A stretch of 64,000 bases of DNA from Bacteroidales bacterium (lineage in GTDB: Bacteria; Bacteroidota; Bacteroidia; Bacteroidales; 4484-276): the NCBI GenBank assembly GCA_035647615.1, contig DASRND010000010.1, forward strand, positions 8,619 through 72,618. Reading direction: 5' to 3'. The number at the start of each line of letters is the position of its first letter. Positions within the stretch are counted from its first letter, which is position 1. Positions 51,702-61,667 of this stretch are shown here, piece by piece. The translations under genes were made by a program, and so were the position numbers. The notes under the pieces were generated by a model. That model made no database searches. It was not told the origin of the DNA and worked only from the letters and a program-made list of their open reading frames with translations.

Positions 51702-52255
51702 CAAAAATTGCAATCACAGGTCCGGAATCGACGGGCAAGTCGATGCTGGCAAAACAACTGGCCAACCATTATCATGCGCTCTGGGTGCCGGAGTTTGCAC
51801 GCTACTATTTGCAGGAGCTTGGGCGCGATTACGTTTTCGACGACGTCCTGCACATTGCCCGGCAGCAGCAAAAATCACAGCAGGCTTTCGAAGAATTATC
51901 TTCTGATTTGCTTTTCAGCGATACCGAGCTGCTGGTAACCAAAATTTGGTGTGAAGTGAAGTATGGCAGCTGTCACCAATGGATTGAGGAAAATCTGCAA
52001 AAGCAGGATTTTGATTTGTACCTGCTCACCGACATAGATCTGCCGTGGGAATACGACGAGCTGCGCGAACATCCGCACCAGCGTGAAATGCTTTTTAAAC
52101 TTTACCAAAAGGCACTCGACAAGCAAGGTTTCCCTTACGTAATCATCAGCGGAACCGGAGAAAAACGCTTGCGCAATGCAGTGGAAGCTGTGGATAAGAT
52201 GATGAGCCAACGGGTTGTTTCAAGCCCCAAAAGGGATAACAACCCTGGCAGGTGA
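51689..52255 (+). CDS. NadR C-terminal-domain-like P-loop kinase (ribosylnicotinamide-kinase type ATPase)
   Basis: MHKLTKIAITGPESTGKSMLAKQLANHY..WVPEFARYY. Overlaps the pnuC end by 13 nt. Confidence 0.75.
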   Translation: MHKLTKIAITGPESTGKSMLAKQLANHYHALWVPEFARYYLQELGRDYVFDDVLHIARQQQKSQQAFEELSSDLLFSDTELLVTKIWCEVKYGSCHQWIEENLQKQDFDLYLLTDIDLPWEYDELREHPHQREMLFKLYQKALDKQGFPYVIISGTGEKRLRNAVEAVDKMMSQRVVSSPKRDNNPGR

Positions 52256-52344
52256 GGAAGTTGTAAGGTTGTCGAATTTTGATTGAATAATTGCGATGCG
52301 AAACGCAAACCAAATATCTTTTATTAAATATCGTTAGTCCGCTC

Positions 52345-53541
52345 ATGAAACAAGCTCATCCCTCCCGCCTCCACATTTTGTATCTGCCCCGCTGGTATCC
52401 GCACCGCTACGATCCCATGATGGGACTTTTCATCGAACGACACGGACTGGCTGTGTCACCACATGTCGACATTTCGGTACTTTACGTGCATGCTGATGAG
52501 AAGCTGAAAGGCAAAACTTACGAGATCGTTCATTCCGAAAATGGATTGTTTACAAAGCGTATTTATTTTAAAAAATCTGCAATAAAACCGGCTTTTCTGG
52601 CCAACCTGGTAAATTCCTGGCGTTTTGCCTTCAGCCATTTTAAGGGCATACGAATGATACGAAAGGAACGCGGGAAGGAAAACCTGGTGCACGTGCATGT
52701 GCTCACCCGATGTGGAGTTATTGCCCGCATCAACAAGCTGATACACGGAGTTCCTTACGTTATAACAGAGCACTGGACGCGCTATCTGCCCAACATGGAC
52801 ACTTATAGCGGTACGGTGCGTAAACTTTCGACACAGTGCGTGGTGCGAAACGCTGCGGCAGTGCTTCCCGTTACTGCCAACCTGCGCGATGCCATGATCG
52901 ACAACAAGCTGCGCAACGATAATTATGTGGTAATTCCCAATGTGGTGGATATCCAAAAATTTACGCCAGCGCAAAGCAAAAGCCCACGGACACGCAAAAA
53001 GATCGTGCATCTCTCTTGCTTTACCGATAAACAAAAAAACATTTCGGGCATCCTTCGGGTGATGGAAAAACTAAGCCAGCAACGCGATGACTTTGAGCTT
53101 ACCTTTATCGGCGATGGCGAAGACTTTGGCCGGATGCACCAACTTGCCGACGAAATGCATCTTACCGACAAAATCGTAAAATTTGCTGGTCTCAAAGAGG
53201 GTCAGGAGCTGGTGGAGCTGCTACGCCAGGCCGACCTGATGATTATGTTCAGCTACTTCGAAAACCTGCCGGTGGTTATCCTCGAAAGCTATGCCTGCGG
53301 CGTACCGGTAGTTTCGACGCGTGTGGGCGGCATCCACGAGCACCTCGACGAACGCCTGGGACAGCTTACCACTGCCGGCGACGAAGAGGAATTTATTGCT
53401 GCGCTCAACGATACACTGGATAATCTGGATCGCTATAAGAGCGAAACTATCAGACGCTACGCCGTCGAGCATTTCAGCAATGATGTGATTGGTAAATCTC
53501 TTTTTGAACTCTATCAATCGGTAGCACGAAAATCCAAATAA
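52345..53541 (+). CDS. GT4-type (GT-B fold) glycosyltransferase
   Basis: 398 aa. C-terminal FSYFENLPVVILESYACGVPVVSTRVGG (E-x7-E type motif). Start placed at MKQAHPSRLHILYLPRWYP. Confidence 0.8.
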   Translation: MKQAHPSRLHILYLPRWYPHRYDPMMGLFIERHGLAVSPHVDISVLYVHADEKLKGKTYEIVHSENGLFTKRIYFKKSAIKPAFLANLVNSWRFAFSHFKGIRMIRKERGKENLVHVHVLTRCGVIARINKLIHGVPYVITEHWTRYLPNMDTYSGTVRKLSTQCVVRNAAAVLPVTANLRDAMIDNKLRNDNYVVIPNVVDIQKFTPAQSKSPRTRKKIVHLSCFTDKQKNISGILRVMEKLSQQRDDFELTFIGDGEDFGRMHQLADEMHLTDKIVKFAGLKEGQELVELLRQADLMIMFSYFENLPVVILESYACGVPVVSTRVGGIHEHLDERLGQLTTAGDEEEFIAALNDTLDNLDRYKSETIRRYAVEHFSNDVIGKSLFELYQSVARKSK

Positions 53542-53590
53542 TCTCAAAAGATTTTTCCCACAGTTTTTTAATGATGAATCATCAGTTACT

Positions 53591-54868
53591 GTGCTCAACA
53601 AGATCATAAATACTTTCGGTACACGTGTGGCCATAGCGGTTATCAATCTGCTGATTGCCGTCATGGTATCCAAAATGCTGGGCACCGATGGCAAAGGAGT
53701 GCAGAGCCTTGTTCTTGTCAGCATCACCTACATCCTGGTTTTTGCCAATCTCATGGGGGGCGGCGCGCTGGTTTATCTCACACCACGTTTTCATTTTCAG
53801 ACACTGGCTGTGCCCGCCTATCTTTGGGCTGCAGCCAACAGCCTGGTTTTTTATTTTGTATTAAAAGTATTCGATCTGGTGCCACAGTCGATGGTTTTAC
53901 ACGTAATTATTCTGGCCGCCATCAATGGGTTTACTTCTATCAATGCCTCCATCCTTATCGGCAAAGAAAAGATCAAATCTTCCAATTCTATCATGCTGTT
54001 GCAGGTGGTGATAAGTGCACTGAGTCTGGCCGGATTTTTTTATGTGGCCGGCCTGGCCAGCATCCACAGCTACATCATCACTCTGTACATTGCTTTCGGC
54101 AGCGCTTTCGTGTTAAGCCTCATCCTGTTGCGCCGCCATACTGAGGGTTTGCGTCGTGCAACCTGGAAAGAATACCGCACCGCCTCCTATCAGATGCTGC
54201 ACTACGGTTTGCTCAATCAGTTGGCGCACATCGCCCAGTTGCTAAGCTTCAGGATGAGTTACTACTGGCTCAATGATTTGTATGGTGAAGCAGAGGTGGG
54301 CATTTACTCCAACGGCACTTCACTGGTGGAATCGATATGGTTGGTAAGCCGCAGCATCTGCATGGTACAATATGCGCATATTGCCAACAGTACCGACAAA
54401 GCTTCCTCGCAGAAACTCACAGCACAGCTCACGGTGGCTGCACTGGTGCTCAGCGCCGCACTTTTGCTGGTGCTGGTGATTCTTCCGCCTGCATTTTTTG
54501 TATGGCTATTCGGCCCCGGCTTTGGCCAGGTGGGAGCCGTGATCCTGTCGCTGGCTCCCGGCGTGCTGCTGTTTAACGTGGCGCTCATCGTAGGACATTA
54601 TTTTTCAGGCACCGGAAAATACCACGTCAATACCATTGCCTCTTTTGCAGGATTGGCGGTTGCTGTGGTTTTGTATAGTTTAATGATTCCTGCTCTGGGA
54701 ATTACCGGTGCCGGCTGGGCTACCAGTATTTCCTATTCTTTTACAAGCCTTATCGTGGTTTTGTTTTTCGCCCGCGAAATGGTTATCCGCCGCAGCGATA
54801 TTATCCCCCGAAAAGGTGAAATAAAAACGCTGATAGCTGAAGTGATGCATTCTTTGGGGAGAAGATGA
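53591..54868 (+). CDS. polysaccharide/oligosaccharide flippase (MOP/Wzx-like)
   Basis: 425 aa, ~12 TM. GTG start. Adjacent to the GT4 gene. Confidence 0.7.
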   Translation: MLNKIINTFGTRVAIAVINLLIAVMVSKMLGTDGKGVQSLVLVSITYILVFANLMGGGALVYLTPRFHFQTLAVPAYLWAAANSLVFYFVLKVFDLVPQSMVLHVIILAAINGFTSINASILIGKEKIKSSNSIMLLQVVISALSLAGFFYVAGLASIHSYIITLYIAFGSAFVLSLILLRRHTEGLRRATWKEYRTASYQMLHYGLLNQLAHIAQLLSFRMSYYWLNDLYGEAEVGIYSNGTSLVESIWLVSRSICMVQYAHIANSTDKASSQKLTAQLTVAALVLSAALLLVLVILPPAFFVWLFGPGFGQVGAVILSLAPGVLLFNVALIVGHYFSGTGKYHVNTIASFAGLAVAVVLYSLMIPALGITGAGWATSISYSFTSLIVVLFFAREMVIRRSDIIPRKGEIKTLIAEVMHSLGRR

Positions 54869-54873
54869 CGCTG

Positions 54874-54978
54874 GACGCAAGGCGCATAGAGCTTGGCGCA
54901 AGGCGCGGGATCATTCCCAATTCTATTTTTTTGAATATCGAACCGAAGAATATCGAATCTCGAATAATGAAATAAAAA
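54874..54978. repeat. composite repeat: GC-rich words (gacgcaaggcgcatagagcttggcgcaaggcgcggg) plus an inverted copy of the 36163..36240 element
   Basis: Direct comparison by eye. Starts 6 nt after the flippase stop codon. Confidence 0.75.
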
Positions 54979-55052
54979 ACTACTACTTGCCAACGGCTGG
55001 CCGCCCACAACCTAATTCCTGATCATCCATCGGCTGCATCTTTAGTCACATC

Positions 55053-55089
55053 AAAAAAAAGCGCCAATCTACGGGGAGTAGACTGGCGC
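55053..55089 (-). terminator. rho-independent terminator (minus strand) downstream of ytxH-like gene
   Basis: gcgccagtctac-tcccc-gtagattggcgc hairpin (one mismatch) followed by a T8 run on the minus strand. Confidence 0.7.
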
Positions 55090-55245
55090 AGGCATTGGGG
55101 GGACAATATAGTGAGTTTAAATTAAGGAGTCTGTACAAAATCAGGCTCAACAGTATCGTTTTTTAATAATTGGTTTTCAGGGGACGTTGTAATCATTGGC
55201 TAAAAAAAATCAGTCATTTTTTTAGAATCAGATCAACAGCATTGT

Positions 55246-55545
55246 TTACAGGTTGGTATTTCCAACTTTTCGGGCGGCAGTTTTGACCTCTTCAACTGCT
55301 TTGGCAGCAGCGCGTTGCACTTCCTCTTTTCCGACGTGCACATCTTTTTTGAACTTGTTCAACTGGCCTTCAAGATATTCCTTCTGGCTCTCAAAGGTAT
55401 CGACTACCGACTGCGAAACGTCTTTCATGGTTGATTTGAGCTTTTCCGCGGTTTCAGAACCCTTATCGGGAGCTATTAATAATCCTGCCACTACGCCGGC
55501 AATGGCACCTGCCAAAAATCCGGCTAATACATTTACTTTACTCAT
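55246..55545 (-). CDS. YtxH-domain protein
   Basis: 99 aa. N-terminal TM GFLAGAIAGVVAGLLIAPDKGSETAEKLK, then a charged helical tail. Confidence 0.8.
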   Translation of the reverse strand: MSKVNVLAGFLAGAIAGVVAGLLIAPDKGSETAEKLKSTMKDVSQSVVDTFESQKEYLEGQLNKFKKDVHVGKEEVQRAAAKAVEEVKTAARKVGNTNL

Positions 55546-55588
55546 AATATTTATTTTTTATGGTTTAAAAAACTTGATTCATTTCTTT

Positions 55589-55756
55589 CTATTTCCAGCC
55601 TCTAACTCCACCGCCAATCAGCGAAAGCAACAGAAGAACGACGAAAATAAAGAAGACAATTTTGGCTATTCCAGCTGCTCCGGCGGCGATACCACCAAAA
55701 CCAAGCACCGCTGCCACCAGGGCTACGATAAGAAAAATTATTGCTAGTCTCAACAT
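55589..55756 (-). CDS. DUF1328-type small membrane protein (55 aa)
   Basis: Hand translation: [55 protein letters not shown]. Below the ORF-track length cut-off. Confidence 0.7.
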   Translation of the reverse strand: MLRLAIIFLIVALVAAVLGFGGIAAGAAGIAKIVFFIFVVLLLLSLIGGGVRGWK

Positions 55757-56105
55757 AATGTATTTGTTTTAAAGTTTAAAATAAGTTTACTAAATAAATT
55801 TTTCGTTCAAATTCAGGTTGGTATGCGTAAATATTATGCCATCAAAAAATGAGGGCTATAGCAAAAAAACTTCAACCGATTGATTTAATGGTGTTTAAAA
55901 TAACATTCCTGACTTAATAATCGGATAATCATTTCCGTTTTCATGATAAGAATGTTCCACACTTGAGGCTAATAATCCACAAAAGCCACATGTCTGGTGG
56001 TTTGGAGCATTTATCTATTAGTACACATCCTCAAAGTTTTAACTACTAAATAAAGACAGCCGGCATATTTTTGGCCATGACTGGCGAAATTTTAAAACTG
56101 TAAAC

Positions 56106-56597
56106 ATGAAAAAATTAACTGTATTTACTTTTGTAATTCTATTAAGCAGCTTTAGCGCTATGGCACAATACAATTTTGCCATTGGCCTGCGAAGCGGCGG
56201 TACGTCGGGACTTACCCTAAAAAAGATGAACCCCGCATCAGCTTTCGAAGGCATCATCGGCTTCTGGCACGACGGACTGAGTGTTACGATCTTGTGGGAA
56301 AAGTATTCTCCCGCCTTCAACGAACCGGGTTTTAACTGGTACTATGGCGGTGGCGGACACGTAGCTTTTTATGGCGACGACTTCGACGGGCGTGGCCCTT
56401 CATGGTATCACCATCATTACGATGAGGATGATACGGGCGTGGGGTTGGGAATCGATGGAATTGTTGGGTTGGAATACAAAATACCCAACGTGCCCATTGC
56501 CATCAGCCTCGACGTGAAGCCTTATTTAGAAATAAATACCGACGGAGGAGTTCACTTCTCTCCCGATCCGGGCCTCGGAATTAAGGTAGCTTTTTGA
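56106..56597 (+). CDS. small outer-membrane beta-barrel-like protein
   Basis: Signal peptide ...SFSAMAQ, alternating-hydrophobicity strands, C-terminal ...GLGIKVAF. Confidence 0.5.
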   Translation: MKKLTVFTFVILLSSFSAMAQYNFAIGLRSGGTSGLTLKKMNPASAFEGIIGFWHDGLSVTILWEKYSPAFNEPGFNWYYGGGGHVAFYGDDFDGRGPSWYHHHYDEDDTGVGLGIDGIVGLEYKIPNVPIAISLDVKPYLEINTDGGVHFSPDPGLGIKVAF

Positions 56598-56621
56598 TGA
56601 AACAATTAGCATAAAAAACGG

Positions 56622-57617
56622 ATGAAAAAGAAACAGATCAAACACAAGCTGAAGGATTTCTTCAGGATAACCAAGAATGCGGTGCTCAATTTTGGCAGCA
56701 ACAATCCGCTAAACCTGGCCGGCACCACATCTTATTTTGCCTCCTTTTCGCTGGCGCCCATCCTTATCATTATCATCTCCCTGTTTGGACTGCTGGTAGG
56801 CGACGACACCATGCGCACCAAACTCTTCGAGGAGCTTAACAAACTCATCGGGCAGGACAGCAGCCTGGTGCTGCAAAATGCCATCGATAACTACGAACTT
56901 ACTAAAGACAGCGGCATCGCCACCATCATTGGCATCATCTTTTTTCTGGTGTCGGCCACCACATTGTTCGGCATCATGCAGGGTTCCATCAACTATATCT
57001 GGCGCGTAAAGGTGAAGAGTAACATCAAGATGAGTATTCTGAAACTCCTCAGAGACCGTGTATTTTCATTTGGTGTAATCCTTAGCCTCGGATTCTTACT
57101 TCTGGTATCGCTGATAGTAGATGCTTCCATCGCTTTTCTGCGCGCTTTTCTGTCGCAGCATTTTGGTCCCGACATGATAATTTTTGCACAGATTATAAAC
57201 CTGACGATCTCGTTGGGCATCGTGGGGACCATTTTCACCATTATCTACCGATTCCTGCCTGATGTAAAAGTAGAATGGAGCGCTGCCTGGTTTGGCGGAA
57301 TCTTTACTGCTGTGCTGTTTTCTTTAGGCAAAATCGCCATCGGGATGATCATCGGCAGCAGCAACATGGGAGTAGTTTACGGCGCCATCGGTTCGTTTAT
57401 CATCATCCTCATCTGGATCTATTACGCCTCCTTTATCCTTTATTTCGGCGTAGAGCTTACCAGGCAGTTTTCGCTGCTTTACAAGCACGAAAACGAGCCG
57501 TTGAATTTTGCGGTACCATTCCGAATCATTCAGGAAGATGACGATGGTGAAAGAGAAGAAAAATCGGTAGAGCATGCCATTTCAAACGAGACAACCCGAA
57601 AAAAGATGGGTGGTTAA
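56622..57617 (+). CDS. YihY/BrkB-family membrane protein
   Basis: 331 aa. NPLNLAGTTSYFASFSLAPILIII... and SFIIILIWIYYASFILYFGVELT motifs. Confidence 0.85.
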   Translation: MKKKQIKHKLKDFFRITKNAVLNFGSNNPLNLAGTTSYFASFSLAPILIIIISLFGLLVGDDTMRTKLFEELNKLIGQDSSLVLQNAIDNYELTKDSGIATIIGIIFFLVSATTLFGIMQGSINYIWRVKVKSNIKMSILKLLRDRVFSFGVILSLGFLLLVSLIVDASIAFLRAFLSQHFGPDMIIFAQIINLTISLGIVGTIFTIIYRFLPDVKVEWSAAWFGGIFTAVLFSLGKIAIGMIIGSSNMGVVYGAIGSFIIILIWIYYASFILYFGVELTRQFSLLYKHENEPLNFAVPFRIIQEDDDGEREEKSVEHAISNETTRKKMGG

Positions 57618-57701
57618 GCAGGGAAGATGGCGGGTTTTGAACTACACGGTTCTCAGCCTTTGCAACTGGAAAATTTCTTTTAAAACTTTTGACATTAAAA
57701 C

Positions 57702-57738
57702 AAAAAAACGGAGCCACTTGCGTGACTCCGTTTTTTTT
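57702..57738. terminator. bidirectional terminator
   Basis: cggag-ccacttgcgtga-ctccg hairpin flanked by A7 and T8 runs, between convergent genes. Confidence 0.65.
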
Positions 57739-57768
57739 GGATTGTCGCCATTAGCAAACAATCGGTTG

Positions 57769-57924
57769 TTAATCTTTTCGACGTTTCTTGATGAAGGCTA
57801 CCACAATGGCTATTACTGCCAGCACCAAAAGTACGTGGATAAAAAGCCCGATGATCTTAAATGTCAGACCTAAAATCCAGCCCAACAGCAGCATTGCAGC
57901 AACGATAAAAAGTAGCGTTTTCAT
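57769..57924 (-). CDS. small two-TM membrane protein (51 aa)
   Basis: Hand translation: MKTLLFIVAAMLLLGWILGLTFKIIGLFIHVLLVLAVIAIVVAFIKKRRKD. Starts 13 nt after the csbD-like stop codon. Confidence 0.5.
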   Translation of the reverse strand: MKTLLFIVAAMLLLGWILGLTFKIIGLFIHVLLVLAVIAIVVAFIKKRRKD

Positions 57925-57936
57925 AATGGAAGTATT

Positions 57937-58122
57937 TTACAGGCGGTTGATTTCGTCGATCAATTCCTGCTTAGCACGTCCGGTGCGTTGCTGAAGCCGA
58001 CCCAGTAGTTGGTCTTCCTGTCCTTCGAGGTAAGTAAGATCATCATCGGTAAGGTCGCCATATTTTTCTTTCAGTTTGCCTTTTACCACATTCCATTTTC
58101 CTTTAATTTCCAGCTTATTCAT
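57937..58122 (-). CDS. CsbD-family stress protein
   Basis: MNKLEIKGKWNVVKGKLKEKYGDLTDDDLTYLEGQEDQLLGRLQQRTG. Textbook CsbD pattern. Confidence 0.85.
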   Translation of the reverse strand: MNKLEIKGKWNVVKGKLKEKYGDLTDDDLTYLEGQEDQLLGRLQQRTGRAKQELIDEINRL

Positions 58123-58565
58123 AGTTGTAATATTTAAGTTTGTAAATAATGTGATGAAGCTGGAAAATTTTGTGCCATTTGCCTACGAAGAATTCATCCT
58201 ATTGAATTACAATCATTTATAACATTATACTGGTAAATTTGGTAAATAGTGTGGCAGATACATGTGAAGTCTTCTCCACACCAGATTCCACAACTTTCTA
58301 AAACGAAAAATGAGCCTTTCGGCTCATTGTTGGTAATCTGTTATGTGGCTTATTGTTTATGAATTTCTTTCCAAAATTCTTCTATCATTTTCCGGTTGAA
58401 GGCCTTCATTTCGCCGGGTGCGTTCATTGCATATTTATCATGGTTCCTGGCTTTCACTTCTATTGCGGCACTATCTTTCCCTACAAATCTTTCATGGTTT
58501 TTATTCTTTTAGAATTAAAAAGATAAAGAGTTGTTTTCTTAATTCTTGCCCTTGTCTTGTCCGAC

Positions 58566-59486
58566 TTAGACTGCAGCTTTAGAATGCGATCCTGCGATGT
58601 CAAGCTTCATTTCTGAAAGTTTCTCGCCGCCCCTTATACCAAAATCGAGCGTGCGGATGGGGAATGGGATCATAATATCGTTTTCGTCGAAGGCTTCTTT
58701 TATTTTTATAATGGCATTGTTGCGCACCACCAGAAAGCCCGGGTCGCCAGGATATTTTATCCAGAAGCGTATGGTAAAGTTGATGCTGCTGTCGCCAAAT
58801 TCGCCGTAATCAAATCCGATGTTGTCTTTGTCAATTACACCTTCCAGATTTTTTATCGTTTCGAGTGTCACGCGCTGCACCATTTTCAGGTCGTCGCCAT
58901 AGGAAACGCCAATTGACAAATCGATTCTTCTTTTACCGATTGCCGAATAGTTGGTGATGGGATGTTGCATCACATCTTTGTTGGGTATAAAAACTTCCTG
59001 CCCCTGAAAGGTCTCTATCACCGTTACACGCAGATTGGTGCGCTTGGCAGTGCCCATTACATCATTTACTTTTATCACCTGCCCAATTTCAAAGGGTCGG
59101 CGAAAAGCCAGAATAACTCCCGAAATAAAGTTGGCGGTGATATCCTGAAAAGCAAAGCCCAGCGCCAGTCCGAGAATTCCTACACCAGCAAGTATCGACG
59201 TTACAGCTTTATCAAGCTGAAGTATGCTAAGGACTATAAAAATCCCCACAATGAGTATCGACCACTTGATAATGGTGGCAAATAAACCTTCCAATGCTTT
59301 GTTTTCGGAGGTTTTTGAAAATAACTTTTTGAATATTTTGGCCGCAAATTTTGCCAAAACAATAAATATAATCAACAGTACGATGGCTACTGCCAGGTTG
59401 GGGATCATGCTTACAAAGGTTTCGAGCCACCCTTCTATTTTGTCCAGAACTGTTGCTACAGGCTTTTCTATATCCATTTTATCCAT
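58566..59486 (-). CDS. mscS: small-conductance mechanosensitive channel (MscS family)
   Basis: 306 aa. ...GVGILGLALGFAFQDITANFISGVILAFRRPFEIGQVIKV pore-helix / beta-domain signature. Confidence 0.9.
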   Translation of the reverse strand: MDKMDIEKPVATVLDKIEGWLETFVSMIPNLAVAIVLLIIFIVLAKFAAKIFKKLFSKTSENKALEGLFATIIKWSILIVGIFIVLSILQLDKAVTSILAGVGILGLALGFAFQDITANFISGVILAFRRPFEIGQVIKVNDVMGTAKRTNLRVTVIETFQGQEVFIPNKDVMQHPITNYSAIGKRRIDLSIGVSYGDDLKMVQRVTLETIKNLEGVIDKDNIGFDYGEFGDSSINFTIRFWIKYPGDPGFLVVRNNAIIKIKEAFDENDIMIPFPIRTLDFGIRGGEKLSEMKLDIAGSHSKAAV

Positions 59487-59537
59487 ATCTGCCGATGCTT
59501 TCTATAATTTTCTTAATGATGTTTTCCAACAAGAAAA

Positions 59538-59738
59538 TTATTTCCTGCGCACGGATGCCATAATGATTCCAACCACAGCCACAGCGCCGCTAAGGATTAC
59601 GGGCGTCCAGTTGGCCGAGCTAACGGCAACGTCCAATCCAAAAACCGAAAAAGTTTCGGAGTCGTTCATGGCCTGTATTCCAAACACTAACAACCCGATT
59701 ACACCCACTACAATTAGTATGATTCCTGCTACTCTCAT
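59538..59738 (-). CDS. small two-TM membrane protein (66 aa)
   Basis: MRVAGIILIVVGVIGLLVFGI...ILSGAVAVVGIIMASVRRK. Same strand as mscS and immediately upstream of it. Confidence 0.5.
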   Translation of the reverse strand: MRVAGIILIVVGVIGLLVFGIQAMNDSETFSVFGLDVAVSSANWTPVILSGAVAVVGIIMASVRRK

Positions 59739-59926
59739 GATGATTTTATTTTTAGTTTTTAATAAAAAAACTTGACTTGGCTAACATCATGCCACCAGGC
59801 TAAAAGACGATGAAAAGTACGGTGAAGCCTTATTGCAGTAGCTTTGAAGAAATTGCAGACAAGCTTTTTTGTTGGTAAGATAACTCCACAATTGTAGCAG
59901 ATAAACCTCACTGGCAGTACTCGGGC

Positions 59927-59960
59927 AAAAAAAAACGCCGACACAAGGCCGGCGATTTTT
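59927..59960 (-). terminator. terminator downstream of pruA (minus strand)
   Basis: cgccggccttgtgtcggcg hairpin followed by a T9 run on the minus strand. Confidence 0.65.
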
Positions 59961-60038
59961 AGTAGTAAAACAAAACTCAAATATTCTTGATTGAAATTTA
60001 TTTGGATTTTGTTATTTGATCATTGGAACGTGATTCCA

Positions 60039-61667
60039 TTAATCTTGCAAAAAAGGATATTTGTAACTTACAGGAGGCACGAAGCACTCCTTGATGGTAC
60101 GTGGGCTTAACCAACGTAGCAGGTTAATTTTCGAACCGGCTTTGTCGTTTGTTCCTGAGCCACGGGCACCGCCAAAGGGCTGCTGATTAACCACTGCACC
60201 TGTAGGTTTATCGTTAATGTAGAAGTTGCCTGCAGCATGTTTTAAATGCTTCATTACATACTCTATCACGTAGCGGTCTTTAGAGAAGATGCTTCCGGTA
60301 AGGGCATAGATAGAGGTGTTGTCGATCTCTTTCAGAACCTGATCAAAATCCTTGGGATCATAAACATAAACAGTGAGAACTGGTCCAAAAAGCTCTTCTT
60401 CCATCGTAGCATAATGCGGATCGGTAGTAAGCAAAATGGTAGGCTCGATAAAAAAGCCTTTGCTCTTGTCATATTTGCCACCGTGAAGGATTTCCACTTT
60501 GTCATCCTTGCGAGCACGATCAAGCACAGCTGCGAGTTTGTCGAAGGAGGCTTCATCAATAACAGCATTCACAAAGTTGGAAAAACTCTCAACCGTACCC
60601 ATTTTTATACTTTCAAGATCCCGCTTCATCTCTTTCAACACTTCATCCCACATAGTATTAGGAATATAGGCCCGTGATGCAGCCGAGCATTTCTGCCCCT
60701 GGTATTCGAAAGCGCCGCGTGTTAAGGCAGTAGCTACCTGCACCGGGTTAGCCGACTCATGTGCCAATACAAAGTTCTTTCCTCCCGTTTCACCAACAAT
60801 GCGCGGATAGGCTCTAAATTTGGAAATGTTGGTTCCGATTTCTTTCCAGATACTTTGGAATACTGCAGTACTTCCGGTATAATGAATTCCGGCAAAAGCA
60901 GGATGCGAAAAAATAATCTTTCCAGCCACTGGTCCACGAACAAAGATCAGGTTGATAACACCATCGGGCAAGCCAGCTTCCATAAATATCTCCATGATGA
61001 TACGTGCTGCGTAGATCTGTGTGTCGGATGCTTTCCACACCACCGTATTGCCCATCATTGCAGGAGCCGAAGGCAGGTTACCAGCGATAGCCGTAAAGTT
61101 GAAGGGAGTAAGTGCAAAAACAAATCCTTCGAGAGGGCGCTGCTCCAGGCGGTTCCACACCAGGTCGCCGCTATCGGGCTGTTCGCTGTAAATCTCGGTC
61201 ATATATTGTACGTTGAACCGAAGGAAGTCGGCAAACTCACAAGATGCGTCAATCTCGGCCTGATGCGCCGACTTGCTCTGTCCCAGCATAGTAGCTGCAT
61301 TGAGACGTGCACGGTACGGGCCTGAAATCAAGCCGGCAGCTTTTAGAAATATGGAGGCGCGCTGTTCCCACGGCATTTCCGCCCATTTCTCGCCTGCACG
61401 CAGCGCGGCATCGATAGCCATCTGTACATGCTTTTCATCGCCACGATGAAAATGACCCAGTAAATGTGCGCGTTCGTGCGGTGGACGAAGCTCCTGGAGA
61501 TTTCCGGTGCGAACTTCCTTACCGTCAATAATCATTGGAACATCCACCACTTCTGATTTGGCAGCTTTCAAAGCTTCTACCAATTTAATACGCTCATCTG
61601 AGCCTGGCTTGTACGAAAGTACCGGCTCATTCTTGGCCGGCGGAACGAAAAACATACTTTTTTGCAT
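60039..61667 (-). CDS. pruA: L-glutamate gamma-semialdehyde (1-pyrroline-5-carboxylate) dehydrogenase
   Basis: 542 aa aldehyde dehydrogenase. VGETGGKNF, EYQGQKCSAASR catalytic Cys region. PruA-type N- and C-termini. Confidence 0.9.
   Translation of the reverse strand: MQKSMFFVPPAKNEPVLSYKPGSDERIKLVEALKAAKSEVVDVPMIIDGKEVRTGNLQELRPPHERAHLLGHFHRGDEKHVQMAIDAALRAGEKWAEMPWEQRASIFLKAAGLISGPYRARLNAATMLGQSKSAHQAEIDASCEFADFLRFNVQYMTEIYSEQPDSGDLVWNRLEQRPLEGFVFALTPFNFTAIAGNLPSAPAMMGNTVVWKASDTQIYAARIIMEIFMEAGLPDGVINLIFVRGPVAGKIIFSHPAFAGIHYTGSTAVFQSIWKEIGTNISKFRAYPRIVGETGGKNFVLAHESANPVQVATALTRGAFEYQGQKCSAASRAYIPNTMWDEVLKEMKRDLESIKMGTVESFSNFVNAVIDEASFDKLAAVLDRARKDDKVEILHGGKYDKSKGFFIEPTILLTTDPHYATMEEELFGPVLTVYVYDPKDFDQVLKEIDNTSIYALTGSIFSKDRYVIEYVMKHLKHAAGNFYINDKPTGAVVNQQPFGGARGSGTNDKAGSKINLLRWLSPRTIKECFVPPVSYKYPFLQD

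Noticed and set aside
58350-58457. Short minus-strand ORF (25 aa from ATG 58427, or 35 aa from GTG 58457: ...KARNHDKYAMNAPGEMKAFNRKMIEEFWKEIHKQ) followed by a hairpin and T-run terminator
   Set aside because: It is too short, has no recognisable family, and has an ambiguous start (an upstream ATG gives only MKDL-stop). It may be a frameshifted remnant or a genuine micro-protein. It is mentioned in the stress-islet finding but not called as a feature.
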